DNA of 64,000 nucleotides from an uncultured Candidatus Saccharibacteria bacterium (GTDB taxonomy: Bacteria; Patescibacteriota; Minisyncoccia; Phycocordibacterales; UBA5272). The notes under the pieces are model-generated. The model was given only the letters and a program-made list of their open reading frames with translations, did no database searches and was not told the origin of the DNA. Shown here in pieces: positions 1-8,795 of the stretch (within the stretch, counting starts at the first letter, position 1; each line of letters starts with the position of its first letter). Location of the stretch: NCBI GenBank assembly GCA_964517625.1, contig CAZFBW010000001.1, forward strand, positions 40,319 to 104,318. Reading direction: 5' to 3'. Position numbers and translations under genes: made by a program.

Positions 1-2
1 CT

Positions 3-1460
3 ACCCTTGAAATGGCTAAAGACAGCGGACTTACGATTATTCCGGTCATCACAAAAATTGATAGCCCGCTTGCAAACGTAAAAGAGGTGAAGGAAGAAAT
101 TGTTACGCTTCTTGGTTGTAGAGAAGAAGATATTTTGTCTGCATCAGGAAAGACAGGCGAAGGGGTGGAAGAAATTCTTGAACAAATTGTTGTACGTGTT
201 CCGCCACCAAAAAGTGAATTTGTTGATGAGAAAGGAAATCAGACTCGCGCGCTTATTTTTGATTTTGAATACAGTAACCACCAGGGAGTTATTTTGTATG
301 TTCGTGTTCTTGATGGCTCAATTAAGGCAGGGGACGATTTATTATTTATTCAAGCAGATCACCGATTCGTTGTCCGTGAGGTTGGCACATTTTCTCCAGA
401 GCGTGTAGAGGGAAAATTAATTTCTGCCGGAGAGATTGGTTACATCGTGACTGGTATAAAAGAACCAGGCATTGCACGCGTAGGTGACACCGTTACAACG
501 TTTGCCCGACCACTACACGCTTTTCCTGGGTATGCTGAACCGCTCCCGCTTGTGTTTGCGGCGGTGTATCCTGAATCTCAGGAAGAGTTTGATGATTTGC
601 GTAGTTCGCTTTCCAAACTAAAACTCTCCGATTCATCACTTACCTTTGAAGAAGAATCATCTGGTGCACTTGGTCGTGGGTTTCGTTGTGGGTTTTTGGG
701 AATGCTTCACTTGGAAATTGTGACTGAGCGATTACGACGTGAGTTTGACCAGGAACTTGTAGTGACAACACCCTCAATTACCTATGAAGTGATGATGAAA
801 AATGGGGTGAAGCAAATGGTATATACACCAATTCATTTTCCAGATCATGGACAATATATTTCTGTGCGTGAGCCGTGGGTACTACTTACGGTGATTACAC
901 CGCATGATTATGTGAGTCCTTTAATGCAGATTCTCCACAAACACGAGGGTGATATTTTGGATATGGTTGATTGGGGTCACGATCGCGTGCAGATGAAAGT
1001 GGACATGCCTCTTCGCGAGCTCATGCGTAACTTTTTTGATGAAGTGAAAGGTGGGACAAGTGGCTATGCATCTATTGCATACGAACAAGGGGAAATGAAA
1101 GATGCCCACGTAACGCGACTTGATGTCTATATTGCCGAAGAGCGTGTCGCGGCATTTTCTCGTGTGATTCCTGAATATCGCGCTAACGAAGAATCCGAAG
1201 AGGTTGTTGAAAAGTTAGAAAAGATTTTGCCGAGGGAAATGTTTCGTGTAAAAATCCAAGCTTACGTTAAGGGTCGTATTATTGCGTCGCGCTCTATTGC
1301 ACCGATGAAAAAGGACGTGACTGGATATTTGTATGGAGGAGATATTACACGAAAAATGAAATTGCGTGAAAAGCAAAAGCGCGGTAAAGATAGAATGCAG
1401 AGAGAAGGAAAGGTGCGCATTGAGCACGACACATTCTTAAAGATGATGCGACCAGAATAA
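3..1460 (+). CDS. lepA: Elongation factor 4 (LepA), C-terminal about 480 aa; the 5' end lies upstream of the window
   Basis: ORF 12..1460 is open back to the window edge. The translation shows typical LepA domains II-V and C-terminal domain (…GKTGEGVEEILE…, VPPPK, LHLEIVTERLRREF, …GGDITRKMKLREKQKRGK). Confidence 0.9.
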   Translation, partial: TLEMAKDSGLTIIPVITKIDSPLANVKEVKEEIVTLLGCREEDILSASGKTGEGVEEILEQIVVRVPPPKSEFVDEKGNQTRALIFDFEYSNHQGVILYVRVLDGSIKAGDDLLFIQADHRFVVREVGTFSPERVEGKLISAGEIGYIVTGIKEPGIARVGDTVTTFARPLHAFPGYAEPLPLVFAAVYPESQEEFDDLRSSLSKLKLSDSSLTFEEESSGALGRGFRCGFLGMLHLEIVTERLRREFDQELVVTTPSITYEVMMKNGVKQMVYTPIHFPDHGQYISVREPWVLLTVITPHDYVSPLMQILHKHEGDILDMVDWGHDRVQMKVDMPLRELMRNFFDEVKGGTSGYASIAYEQGEMKDAHVTRLDVYIAEERVAAFSRVIPEYRANEESEEVVEKLEKILPREMFRVKIQAYVKGRIIASRSIAPMKKDVTGYLYGGDITRKMKLREKQKRGKDRMQREGKVRIEHDTFLKMMRPE

Positions 1461-1490
1461 AAACGAGCACAATAAGGTGCTCGTTTTTAT
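1461..1490 (+). terminator. Rho-independent terminator after lepA
   Basis: Hairpin aaacgagcac-aataag-gtgctcgttt followed by a T-run. Confidence 0.7.
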
Positions 1491-1628
1491 TCTGAAGTGT
1501 GATTAAAATAGTGCAATCACTGAGAATCCAACCATGCCAATAATGGCGATAATGGAAACTACGGCCCAGATTCGGTGGATTATTTTTCGGTTACGTGAGC
1601 TAAATAGCATATGTGTGTGTGTTAGAAT

Positions 1629-2039
1629 GTGTTTAATACTACCAAGAATATGCGGGAATATCAACATAAGTACATCATTCGCACGCTTCTTTATTCTCCG
1701 ATAACAATTGTTATCTTGTTTTTAGTGATTATCTTGCTTTTGCGCTCTATTATGGAATTAAATGACAAACGCATTGCTGCTACCAAGCTTCGCAATGAGG
1801 CAATGGCAAAACAAGAAGAAGTGCGCGGACAACTTGCTAAGGCTGATGCACGTTTGGCGGCAATAGAGACCGAAAGAGGGTTTGAGGAATATGTTCGTAC
1901 GACGTACCCAATCGCAAAGCGTGGCGAAGGGGTAATTGTAGTCTACGACGAACCAGGAAGCCCGGTGACACCTGTGCGTGAACATATGACAATTTGGGAA
2001 CGTCTGCTTGTTTTTATTCGCCCAATACTGTTTCGTTAG
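1629..2039 (+). CDS. Septum formation initiator family protein (FtsB/DivIC-like): N-terminal TM helix plus coiled coil
   Basis: TM segment IVILFLVIILLL, then coiled coil ELNDKRIAATKLRNEAMAKQEEVRGQLAKADARLAAIETE, then an ...EEYVRTTYPIAKRGEGVIVV tail typical of the DivIC/FtsB family. Confidence 0.5.
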   Translation: MFNTTKNMREYQHKYIIRTLLYSPITIVILFLVIILLLRSIMELNDKRIAATKLRNEAMAKQEEVRGQLAKADARLAAIETERGFEEYVRTTYPIAKRGEGVIVVYDEPGSPVTPVREHMTIWERLLVFIRPILFR

Positions 2040-2085
2040 GTGCTTCGTTGCGAAAAGAGAAAAGGGCAAGTATACTGGTCCGCAT

Positions 2086-2325
2086 ATGACAACGAAAACA
2101 GTAGAAATTTATAGCACACCAACCTGCCACTTCTGTCACATGGCCAAGGATTGGTTTGCTTCACACAAGGTTTCCTTTATTGATTACAACGTGGCAACTG
2201 ATTTAGAAAAGAGAAAGGAAATGGTTGAAATGACCGGCCAGATGGGGGTACCAGTCATCAAGATTGGCAATGACGTGATTGTCGGATTCAATGAGGCGAA
2301 GATTGCAAGCTTAATTGAAGGGTAG
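2086..2325 (+). CDS. Glutaredoxin/NrdH-like redoxin
   Basis: CHFC active-site motif and thioredoxin-fold pattern (VEIYSTPTCHFCHMAKDWF…GVPVIKIGNDVIVGF). A terminator hairpin follows at 2338..2366. Confidence 0.7.
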   Translation: MTTKTVEIYSTPTCHFCHMAKDWFASHKVSFIDYNVATDLEKRKEMVEMTGQMGVPVIKIGNDVIVGFNEAKIASLIEG

Positions 2326-2435
2326 GGGGAACAATACAAAAACCTCTCACGATGAGAGGTTTTTGTATTTGATACATTGTTTGTTTTATTGTAGGATGCA
2401 AAACAGACAGTTTTTATCTTGAAAGGAATTTTCTC

Positions 2436-3239
2436 ATGAAAACATCTCCTGCTCCTTTTTCTCCCTATATCGGCATTACTGATTTCATGACACACAAACA
2501 ATCAGCGACCATGTTGTCCACTTTTCAGGCGATGACAGAGGAAACCGTTCCTCATAAGCTCATGGTTGGTGTGATGATGAGTTACAAGACCTTGAATCAT
2601 CTTGAAACTAAGTGGAGCACTGTTTTTCCAAAAGCAGAAGAGGTGAAAGATATTTTCATTGCTCACCCACTTGCTTTCAATACGCTTCACTATGCCGACT
2701 ATACCAACACGGATGTCCCCACCTCGCTCGCTAAGGCGATTTTCTATGGAGGGAAGAATCTTAATGCACTTCAGTTGGATATGGTTTGGCCGTCTCCGCA
2801 AGATATAGAAGAGGCATTTAATTTGCTTGCTGATGTTGGGCGAGTACCTGTAATCTTGCAAGTTGGTACAAAGGCAATGGAGCAGGCCGGTGACAAGGTT
2901 GCTCATGTCATAAGCCGTCTTGTAGACTATGCCGACATCATTGATGGTGTGTTGTTCGATAAGAGTATGGGTCAAGGGAAACCAATGAACCCCGAAGTTC
3001 TCATGCCTTACGTTGAAGCGGTCTACAAATACATTCCTGGAATGCGTGTCTCAGTTGCTGGCGGACTTGGTCCAACCACAACTCAGATTGTTGAACCGCT
3101 CATCTCAAAGTTTCCAGACATAAGCATTGATGCGCAGGGGAGGCTTCGTCCAAGTGGTAGCGCACTTGACCCAATCGATTGGTCTATGGCTGAAGAATAC
3201 TTGCAAAAGGCCGTCGGACTGTTCAAAAAATACAATTAG
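2436..3239 (+). CDS. Hypothetical protein (alternating beta/alpha pattern, possibly TIM-barrel-like)
   Basis: 267-aa ORF with normal composition and no motif I can name with confidence. Confidence 0.45.
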   Translation: MKTSPAPFSPYIGITDFMTHKQSATMLSTFQAMTEETVPHKLMVGVMMSYKTLNHLETKWSTVFPKAEEVKDIFIAHPLAFNTLHYADYTNTDVPTSLAKAIFYGGKNLNALQLDMVWPSPQDIEEAFNLLADVGRVPVILQVGTKAMEQAGDKVAHVISRLVDYADIIDGVLFDKSMGQGKPMNPEVLMPYVEAVYKYIPGMRVSVAGGLGPTTTQIVEPLISKFPDISIDAQGRLRPSGSALDPIDWSMAEEYLQKAVGLFKKYN

Positions 3240-3387
3240 AAATTCGGTTCAATGAACCAAAACTTCCACAGAGTCACACCTGAGTGTGAACGTGGAAGTT
3301 TTTTATTTTATGGCGGGAATCGCTTCTCCCTTCGGTCGAAACGCACTATTTTTATAGTCACTTCGTTTCTTAAAAATAGGCGCCCTC

Positions 3388-3410
3388 GGTTCGATTCCCG
3401 CCGGAGGGCA
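3388..3410 (+). repeat. Inverted copy of the tRNA-Arg 3' end (ggttcgattcccgccggagggca) lying just past the tRNA terminator
   Basis: 22/23 identical to the 3' T-loop/acceptor of the minus-strand tRNA at 3435..3506, but on the opposite strand. It is part of the composite element at 3311..3412. Confidence 0.7.
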
Positions 3411-3434
3411 AGGAAAAACACGAAGTGTTTTTAG

Positions 3435-3506
3435 TGCCCCCGGCGGGAATCGAACCTACAATGACTCCTTAGGACGGAGCAGTTATATCCATTTAACTAC
3501 AGGGGC
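3435..3506 (-). tRNA. tRNA-Arg (anticodon CCU)
   Basis: Hand-folded cloverleaf. Acceptor GCCCCUG/CGGGGGC, D-arm GUUA/UAAC, anticodon stem GCUCC/GGAGU with loop GUCCUAA, T-loop TTCGATT. There is one A:C mismatch in the T-stem. Confidence 0.7.
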
Positions 3507-3580
3507 AAATATTGTTGTATATTCGATTCTACCACATCTTGTGCACTGTTAAATCATGAGAAATTAGATATACTTACCAT

Positions 3581-3916
3581 ATGTCAGGAACCGATTTAAC
3601 TAACCAAGAAAAATTAGAAGAAGTATACAGAATTACCGTGGAGAATAATCATATTCTTCACGGCATGCGTAATCGCGAACGAGTAGCAAACGCACTACGT
3701 ATCGTTTACTGGTTGGTTATCATCCTCTCTCTTGCTGGTGCTTACTACTATATTCGCCCTGTTATTGATTTATTTACAACAAATAAGGACAAGGTTGATC
3801 AAACGCTTATGCAGTTTCAAGAACTTCAGCAACAACTTCCACAAATGAAGGTGTTCCAGCAGTTTCTCAATAATTTGAAATCCTCAGAAACGGTTAATCA
3901 AGAACCGGTGCAATAA
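3581..3916 (+). CDS. Hypothetical small membrane protein
   Basis: 111-aa ORF with one TM helix. TATACT lies 6 nt upstream of the ATG, suggesting a leaderless mRNA. Confidence 0.5.
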   Translation: MSGTDLTNQEKLEEVYRITVENNHILHGMRNRERVANALRIVYWLVIILSLAGAYYYIRPVIDLFTTNKDKVDQTLMQFQELQQQLPQMKVFQQFLNNLKSSETVNQEPVQ

Positions 3917-3990
3917 GTTCGGTCTTTTCTCTGGTATTTTTTTGTGCTATTATGGGGAAACCAAATTTGGAAAAAGCAGAATGAAAATAT

Positions 3991-4063
3991 GCTGGGATAG
4001 CTCAGTTGGTAGAGCATTTGCCTGAAGAGCAAAGGGTCCCCAGTTCGAGCCTGGGTCCCAGCA
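3991..4063 (+). tRNA. tRNA-Phe (anticodon GAA)
   Basis: GCTGGGATAGCTCAGTTGGTAGAGC…CTGAAGA…GGTCCCCAGTTCGAGCCTGGGTCCCAGCA. Canonical cloverleaf; CCA is not encoded. Confidence 0.9.
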
Positions 4064-4201
4064 CAAAAATTAAAAAACTGCGTGAAAGCAGTTTTTTAAT
4101 TTTGCTGGAGCCGGGCTTGGGAAGAGGGTCGGAGAAACGGGAGTTTCTCCGTGGCGGAAGAATCGAAACCGCAGGGTTTCGAAACAAAACTCTGTTTTGT
4201 T

Positions 4202-4224
4202 GAGCCTGGGTCCCAGCACAAAAA
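4202..4224 (+). repeat. 23-nt direct repeat of the tRNA-Phe 3' end plus flank (gagcctgggtcccagcacaaaaa)
   Basis: Identical to 4047..4069. About 137 bp separate the two copies, and the second is followed by an 11-bp-stem hairpin at 4226..4254. Confidence 0.8.
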
Positions 4225-4277
4225 ACAAAGTCACTCGCACAGAGTGACTTTGTCGTATAGTATCCTATACTTACTAT

Positions 4278-5237
4278 ATGCAATATATAAAGCCAATAGT
4301 TACACTTGTTGCGGTTGCAACCTTAATGCCAGAACTGGTGACAGGGAGTACAAGTCTTTTTAGTTTTTTTATTCCTATTAATTTCCTTATTAATTTTTTA
4401 GGGTATGGTATCACTGTTCTTCTTATTCGTGAGTTTTATGTGAGGTATAATCTGAACTTCTTCGGTTTGTTTTTACTTGGTATTGTATATGTTGGTATTA
4501 ATGAAGGATTACTTGCAAAAACAATTATTTTAGAAAATGGTATTCCGTGGAATTTGTTTGATAATTATGGTTATATTGTAGGAATTAGTATTCCGTGGGC
4601 ACTCGCAATGTCCGTTTGGCATTCGGTATTTTCAGTTATGTTTCCAATTATTGCGACACACTTCTTGTTTACAGAAGCAAGTAAAGATTCATGGCTTAAC
4701 AAGAAAACAATAGCATTATTCACGGCCCTGATTGCTTTTGTTAGCCTTGCAGCATTTTTTGGTCCGTTTAGGGGGACGGGGACAGGGGGACAACTTTTCG
4801 TTATTCTTGGAGGCATGGCCATACTTACATTGCTATCAGTTTGGTTATGTAGAAAGAAAGAAGAAGGAGAACAACAGCATCCAATTACTACAAAGCCGGT
4901 ATGGCTAGGGGTGAGCACAGTCATTTCTTGGACAGTGCTTCTTTGTATTGTTATGGTTGGACTAAAAGTCCCATTGCTATTATTCTTTGTTGTCTTCGTT
5001 GGAATTATTGCCACCTATGTTCATATCTTTAGAAAAAAAATAGGTATTACCAATGACACACTACTCTTGTTTATTCTCGGTGGTTATTTTCAGACAGCAG
5101 TTACTGGATTATTGATGGCCTTCTTTTTTATGCCAGCAACCTTTGGTGAACGACTACCCGCTGAAATTATTATTCTTATAATTTCTACAATACTATTACG
5201 AAAAGTATTTAAGAGACACAGAGTAGTTACTGCATAA
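4278..5237 (+). CDS. Hypothetical polytopic membrane protein (about 8 TM helices)
   Basis: 319-aa hydrophobic ORF. Leaderless-type promoter TATACT-tactat-ATG. Confidence 0.55.
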   Translation: MQYIKPIVTLVAVATLMPELVTGSTSLFSFFIPINFLINFLGYGITVLLIREFYVRYNLNFFGLFLLGIVYVGINEGLLAKTIILENGIPWNLFDNYGYIVGISIPWALAMSVWHSVFSVMFPIIATHFLFTEASKDSWLNKKTIALFTALIAFVSLAAFFGPFRGTGTGGQLFVILGGMAILTLLSVWLCRKKEEGEQQHPITTKPVWLGVSTVISWTVLLCIVMVGLKVPLLLFFVVFVGIIATYVHIFRKKIGITNDTLLLFILGGYFQTAVTGLLMAFFFMPATFGERLPAEIIILIISTILLRKVFKRHRVVTA

Positions 5238-5238
5238 G

Positions 5239-5276
5239 AAAACTAAAATCCGCCATCATGGCGGATTTTAGTTTTC
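5239..5276. terminator. Bidirectional terminator hairpin
   Basis: aaaactaaaatccgccat/catggcggattttagtttt, sitting between two convergent genes. Confidence 0.7.
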
Positions 5277-5804
5277 TTAAATTGACTTTACTTTCAATTT
5301 TGTCTGTCGCGCTTTGTCTAACTTTGGAAGTCTGATGATGAGTAGCCCGTGCTTCTCAACTGCTTCGGCTTCTTCAATTTCTACTTCATGAGGAAGGAGG
5401 ATGGTTCGTGAGAAACTTCCCCAGTAGAGTTCTTTGTAAAAGTAGTCATCATGAGAAACTTGTGTATTGCCATCACGGCGTCCTTTAATAGTAACCATGT
5501 CGCGCGTAATAGAAAGGTGGAGGTCTTCAGGTTTTACACCAGCAACCATGGCCTCGATGATAATTTCAGTAGGGGTCTGGTAGACATCAACTGAAAGCTC
5601 TCCCTCTTCTGGGTCATCTTCAGAACTTTCTTCAACATGAGCAACAGAACGACGAGATGGAGTTTCAACTTTTCCTCGAGATGAATGCTTAATCTGAAGC
5701 TCTTCCTCATCGTCTTGTTCTACGACACTGATTGGCTCTTCTTCATCGTCAACACTGATTGAACCAGCAAGACGTTCGAAGAAGGATTTTTTTTCTTTAA
5801 GCAT
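5277..5804 (-). CDS. Hsp20/alpha-crystallin family small heat shock protein
   Basis: Alpha-crystallin domain (…VDVYQTPTEIIIEAMVAGVKPEDLHLSITRDMVTIKGRR…) with an acidic linker. The internal Met at 5804 is taken as the start. Confidence 0.7.
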   Translation of the reverse strand: MLKEKKSFFERLAGSISVDDEEEPISVVEQDDEEELQIKHSSRGKVETPSRRSVAHVEESSEDDPEEGELSVDVYQTPTEIIIEAMVAGVKPEDLHLSITRDMVTIKGRRDGNTQVSHDDYFYKELYWGSFSRTILLPHEVEIEEAEAVEKHGLLIIRLPKLDKARQTKLKVKSI

Positions 5805-5954
5805 AATAAAAATGGTGTAAGCCTGTAAGGGTGTATGTATACAGTATACGCGCTCTATGTCAATAAATAACAAATGCTATCCACAGTCCAAGGAGGGACA
5901 GTAAAGTGTTCAAATATACAGAAAAACCGAGAGTTTGAATGATTACGAGGCAGG

Positions 5955-8099
5955 TTAATTCCAAGAAGTAACAATAAGCATTCTATCTTCAGGTGTTTTT
6001 ATGTATTTCCAAATTTCCTCAGTAATAAAAGGCATGAAGGGATGAATCACAACAAGCTGTTCACGGAGTAAGGTAAGGAGGAGTGTCTGTGCACTTTCTT
6101 TGTTGTTGTTTTCGAGAATGCGAACCTTACGAGTTTCGATGAGAACGTCGCAGAAGGTCTTCCAGAAGTAGTCGTAGATTTTTTCAGAGGCGAGGTGCAG
6201 GCGATAGTTTTCAATATCGTCAGTAATGTCCTTTTTGATTGCTTGCCAGGATTGGTATACCTCTTCATCTTCTTTTGTAAGTGGTACAGGTTTTTCAAAG
6301 TCCGCCGTTCTTTCCAAAACGAAACGTGATGCGTTCCAAATTTTGTTTGAGAAGAGCTTGTATGCCTTTACTTTATCTTCGCCAAGTTTCAAATCGTTTC
6401 CTGCTCCGTTTCCTACAATAAGCGCCATGCGAAGGGCATCGGTTCCATATTTACTGGAGAGGTCGCGTGGGTCAAGAGCGTTGTTGAGGGACTTACTCAT
6501 CTTGCGACCCTGTGCATCGCGCACAAGTCCGTGCAAGTACACCGTCTTAAATGGAACAGTGTTGAGTGCATACGTTGAAAACAAAATCATACGCGCAACC
6601 CAGAAGAACAAAATGTCATGACCAGTTTCAAGCACATCGGTTGGATGAAATGTTTTAAAGTCTTCTGTATCATGTGGCCAACCAAGTGTAGAGAATGTCC
6701 ACAGTCCAGACGAGAACCATGTGTCGAGCGTGTCCTCATCTTGTACCCACTCGTTACCAGATGGCGCTTCTAACCCACAAAAAAGTTCATCACCTTTGTA
6801 CCAAACAGGAACACGATGGCCGTACCAAATTTGTCGCGAGATGCACCAGTCTCGCAAATTATCAATCCAGTGGAAATACACTTTTTCAAATCGGTCAGGA
6901 AGAATTTGAGTGTTGTGAGATGCAACTGCGTCGCGCATTAATTGTTTTAGCGTTGTTGTTTTTCCAAAATGTTTGAACTCTTTATTAACCGCAATCCACC
7001 ATTGAAGTTTTGGAAGTGGTTCAACGATACCGCCAGTTCGTTCTGCTGTTGGTACATTTTGTTTTGATTCTTCTTCGCTTATAAGCAAATTGTTTTCACG
7101 AAGCCAATTTACGATGTATTCACGTGCGTCAGTTACCTTCTTTCCGTTAAGCTCTTCGTTTTTGAGACCGTACATTTTAGCGTACTCGTTGATAACTTGT
7201 CTGCTTTCTAGGCGGTGACGCTCTTTCATGTCCCAGTCAATTGCACTGTGCGCAGGGGTCACACCGAGCGCTCCCGTACCAAAATCTTTTTCGACGGCGG
7301 TATCCGCAATGATTTTGACTGAAATGGGGCATCCAGCAAATTGAATATCAAAGATTTTACCTACATATTGTTTGTAGCGTTCATCGTCTGGATGCACCGC
7401 CACCGCAGTGTCTCCCACTTTTGTTTCTGGGCGGGTGGTGGAGATGGCGATAGGAAAATCAGGGGAATATTTGAAGGTATAGAGCTTGGTTGTGCGCTCT
7501 TCCATGACTATTTCATCGTCGGAAATTGTGGTTTGGCCTTTTGGGTCCCAGTTTACTATGCGTTCTCCGCGGTAAATAAGGCCATCATCATACATTTTTT
7601 TAAACATGGTACGCACCGCCAAGTTTCTCTCCTCGTCCATCGTGAAAGCAAGTCTCGACCAATCAAGTGAGGCACCCATGGTGCGGAGTTGGGAAAGAAT
7701 AGTGTTTTGGCTTTCAAGTGCAAAGTCATTAACGCGCCGCAATAGTTCTTCACGACCAATGTCATGTCTGTTTTTACCTTCTTCTTTTTGAATTTTCTTT
7801 TCAACTACCGATTGTGTGGCAATTGCCGCATGGTCAGTTCCAGGAAGCCAGAGTGTTTTGTATCCGCGCATACGTTTGAAGCGAATGAGAATATCTTCAA
7901 TCACAAGCATGAGTGCATGGCCGGTGTGGAGCGTACCGGTAACATTTGGTGGAGGAAGAATAATGGTGTAGGCGCCCTTGTCAGAAGCGGGGAGGTTGTC
8001 TGGATTAAAGTACCCACTTTTCTCCCATGCTTCATAGAGCGGTTTTTCAACCGATTGAGCATCAAATGGTTTGGTTAGTTGTTCTGGCAATTGCTTCAT
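5955..8099 (-). CDS. valS: Valyl-tRNA synthetase (compact 714-aa form)
   Basis: PPPNVTGTLHTGHA (HIGH region) and GRKMSKSLNN (KMSKS); class I editing-type aaRS architecture. Confidence 0.9.
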   Translation of the reverse strand: MKQLPEQLTKPFDAQSVEKPLYEAWEKSGYFNPDNLPASDKGAYTIILPPPNVTGTLHTGHALMLVIEDILIRFKRMRGYKTLWLPGTDHAAIATQSVVEKKIQKEEGKNRHDIGREELLRRVNDFALESQNTILSQLRTMGASLDWSRLAFTMDEERNLAVRTMFKKMYDDGLIYRGERIVNWDPKGQTTISDDEIVMEERTTKLYTFKYSPDFPIAISTTRPETKVGDTAVAVHPDDERYKQYVGKIFDIQFAGCPISVKIIADTAVEKDFGTGALGVTPAHSAIDWDMKERHRLESRQVINEYAKMYGLKNEELNGKKVTDAREYIVNWLRENNLLISEEESKQNVPTAERTGGIVEPLPKLQWWIAVNKEFKHFGKTTTLKQLMRDAVASHNTQILPDRFEKVYFHWIDNLRDWCISRQIWYGHRVPVWYKGDELFCGLEAPSGNEWVQDEDTLDTWFSSGLWTFSTLGWPHDTEDFKTFHPTDVLETGHDILFFWVARMILFSTYALNTVPFKTVYLHGLVRDAQGRKMSKSLNNALDPRDLSSKYGTDALRMALIVGNGAGNDLKLGEDKVKAYKLFSNKIWNASRFVLERTADFEKPVPLTKEDEEVYQSWQAIKKDITDDIENYRLHLASEKIYDYFWKTFCDVLIETRKVRILENNNKESAQTLLLTLLREQLVVIHPFMPFITEEIWKYIKTPEDRMLIVTSWN

Positions 8100-8130
8100 A
8101 CCTATATATATGTGTATACTATCACATCAC

Positions 8131-8661
8131 ATGAAAAAATTAGAGAAGAAAAAACAATCAACTATTTTACGAAAGGGGTCAAAAAAAACACTAGGTGTAA
8201 ATAAAAAAATTTCACCTAACACAAAAAAACTTCCTGACCACCACTTTAAACTTGTAAAAGTAAAACGAGGGCTCGACGGTCTTGGGCTGTTTGCTGGAGA
8301 AGATATTAAAAAAGGGGAACTCATTATTGAATACATCGGCAATATTCTCACCAAAGAGGAAGCTGAAAAGGTGACAACTAATATGTACCTTTTTGAAGTT
8401 TCTCGCAACAGAACAATTGATGGCTCGGTAAGGTGGAATGTTGCTCGCTATGCAAACCATGCGTGTGACCCGGAAGCAAATGCAGAGAGCGATATCAAGA
8501 AAGGGAGGGTATTTGTAAAGGCAATTAAGAATATTAAAGAAGGGGAGGAGATTTTGTACGACTACGGCGAGGAATTCGTGAAAGAATACATTGCCCCAAA
8601 GGGGTGCAGGTGTCGAGCGGTTGCGCATGCGTACGGAGCAAAGGCTCACACGAGCAAATAA
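8131..8661 (+). CDS. SET-domain protein (putative protein-lysine methyltransferase)
   Basis: ARYANHACDPEAN (the NHxCxPN motif), ELxYDYG (EEILYDYGEEF), and a Cys-containing post-SET tail CRCRAV. Confidence 0.7.
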   Translation: MKKLEKKKQSTILRKGSKKTLGVNKKISPNTKKLPDHHFKLVKVKRGLDGLGLFAGEDIKKGELIIEYIGNILTKEEAEKVTTNMYLFEVSRNRTIDGSVRWNVARYANHACDPEANAESDIKKGRVFVKAIKNIKEGEEILYDYGEEFVKEYIAPKGCRCRAVAHAYGAKAHTSK

Positions 8662-8681
8662 TAGGTGCTGTTTACTACATT

Positions 8682-8713
8682 AAAAAATGAGCACACATCA
8701 GTGCTCATTTTTT
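8682..8713 (+). terminator. Terminator after the SET gene
   Basis: aaaaaatgagcac-acatca-gtgctcatttttt. Confidence 0.7.
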
Positions 8714-8750
8714 ACATCTCTATATCACGGTAAAAGTTGGTAACGTTTAT

Positions 8751-8795
8751 TTCATACATTTTTGCAAATGATTCGCATTTGCAAAAATGTATGAA
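8751..8795. repeat. Perfect 20-bp inverted repeat with a 5-nt spacer (ttcatacatttttgcaaatg-attcg-catttgcaaaaatgtatgaa)
   Basis: The arms are exact reverse complements. It is intergenic, upstream of the K-rich micro-ORF. Confidence 0.85.

Noticed and set aside
3252-3434. 60-aa ORF
   Set aside because: It lies entirely within the tRNA-Arg-associated repeat element and the terminator, and has an Arg-rich junk composition.
4002-4363. Small ORFs 4006..4203(+), 4002..4283(-) and 4151..4363(+)
   Set aside because: They overlap tRNA-Phe, its terminator and its 3'-end repeat, and have no translation signals.
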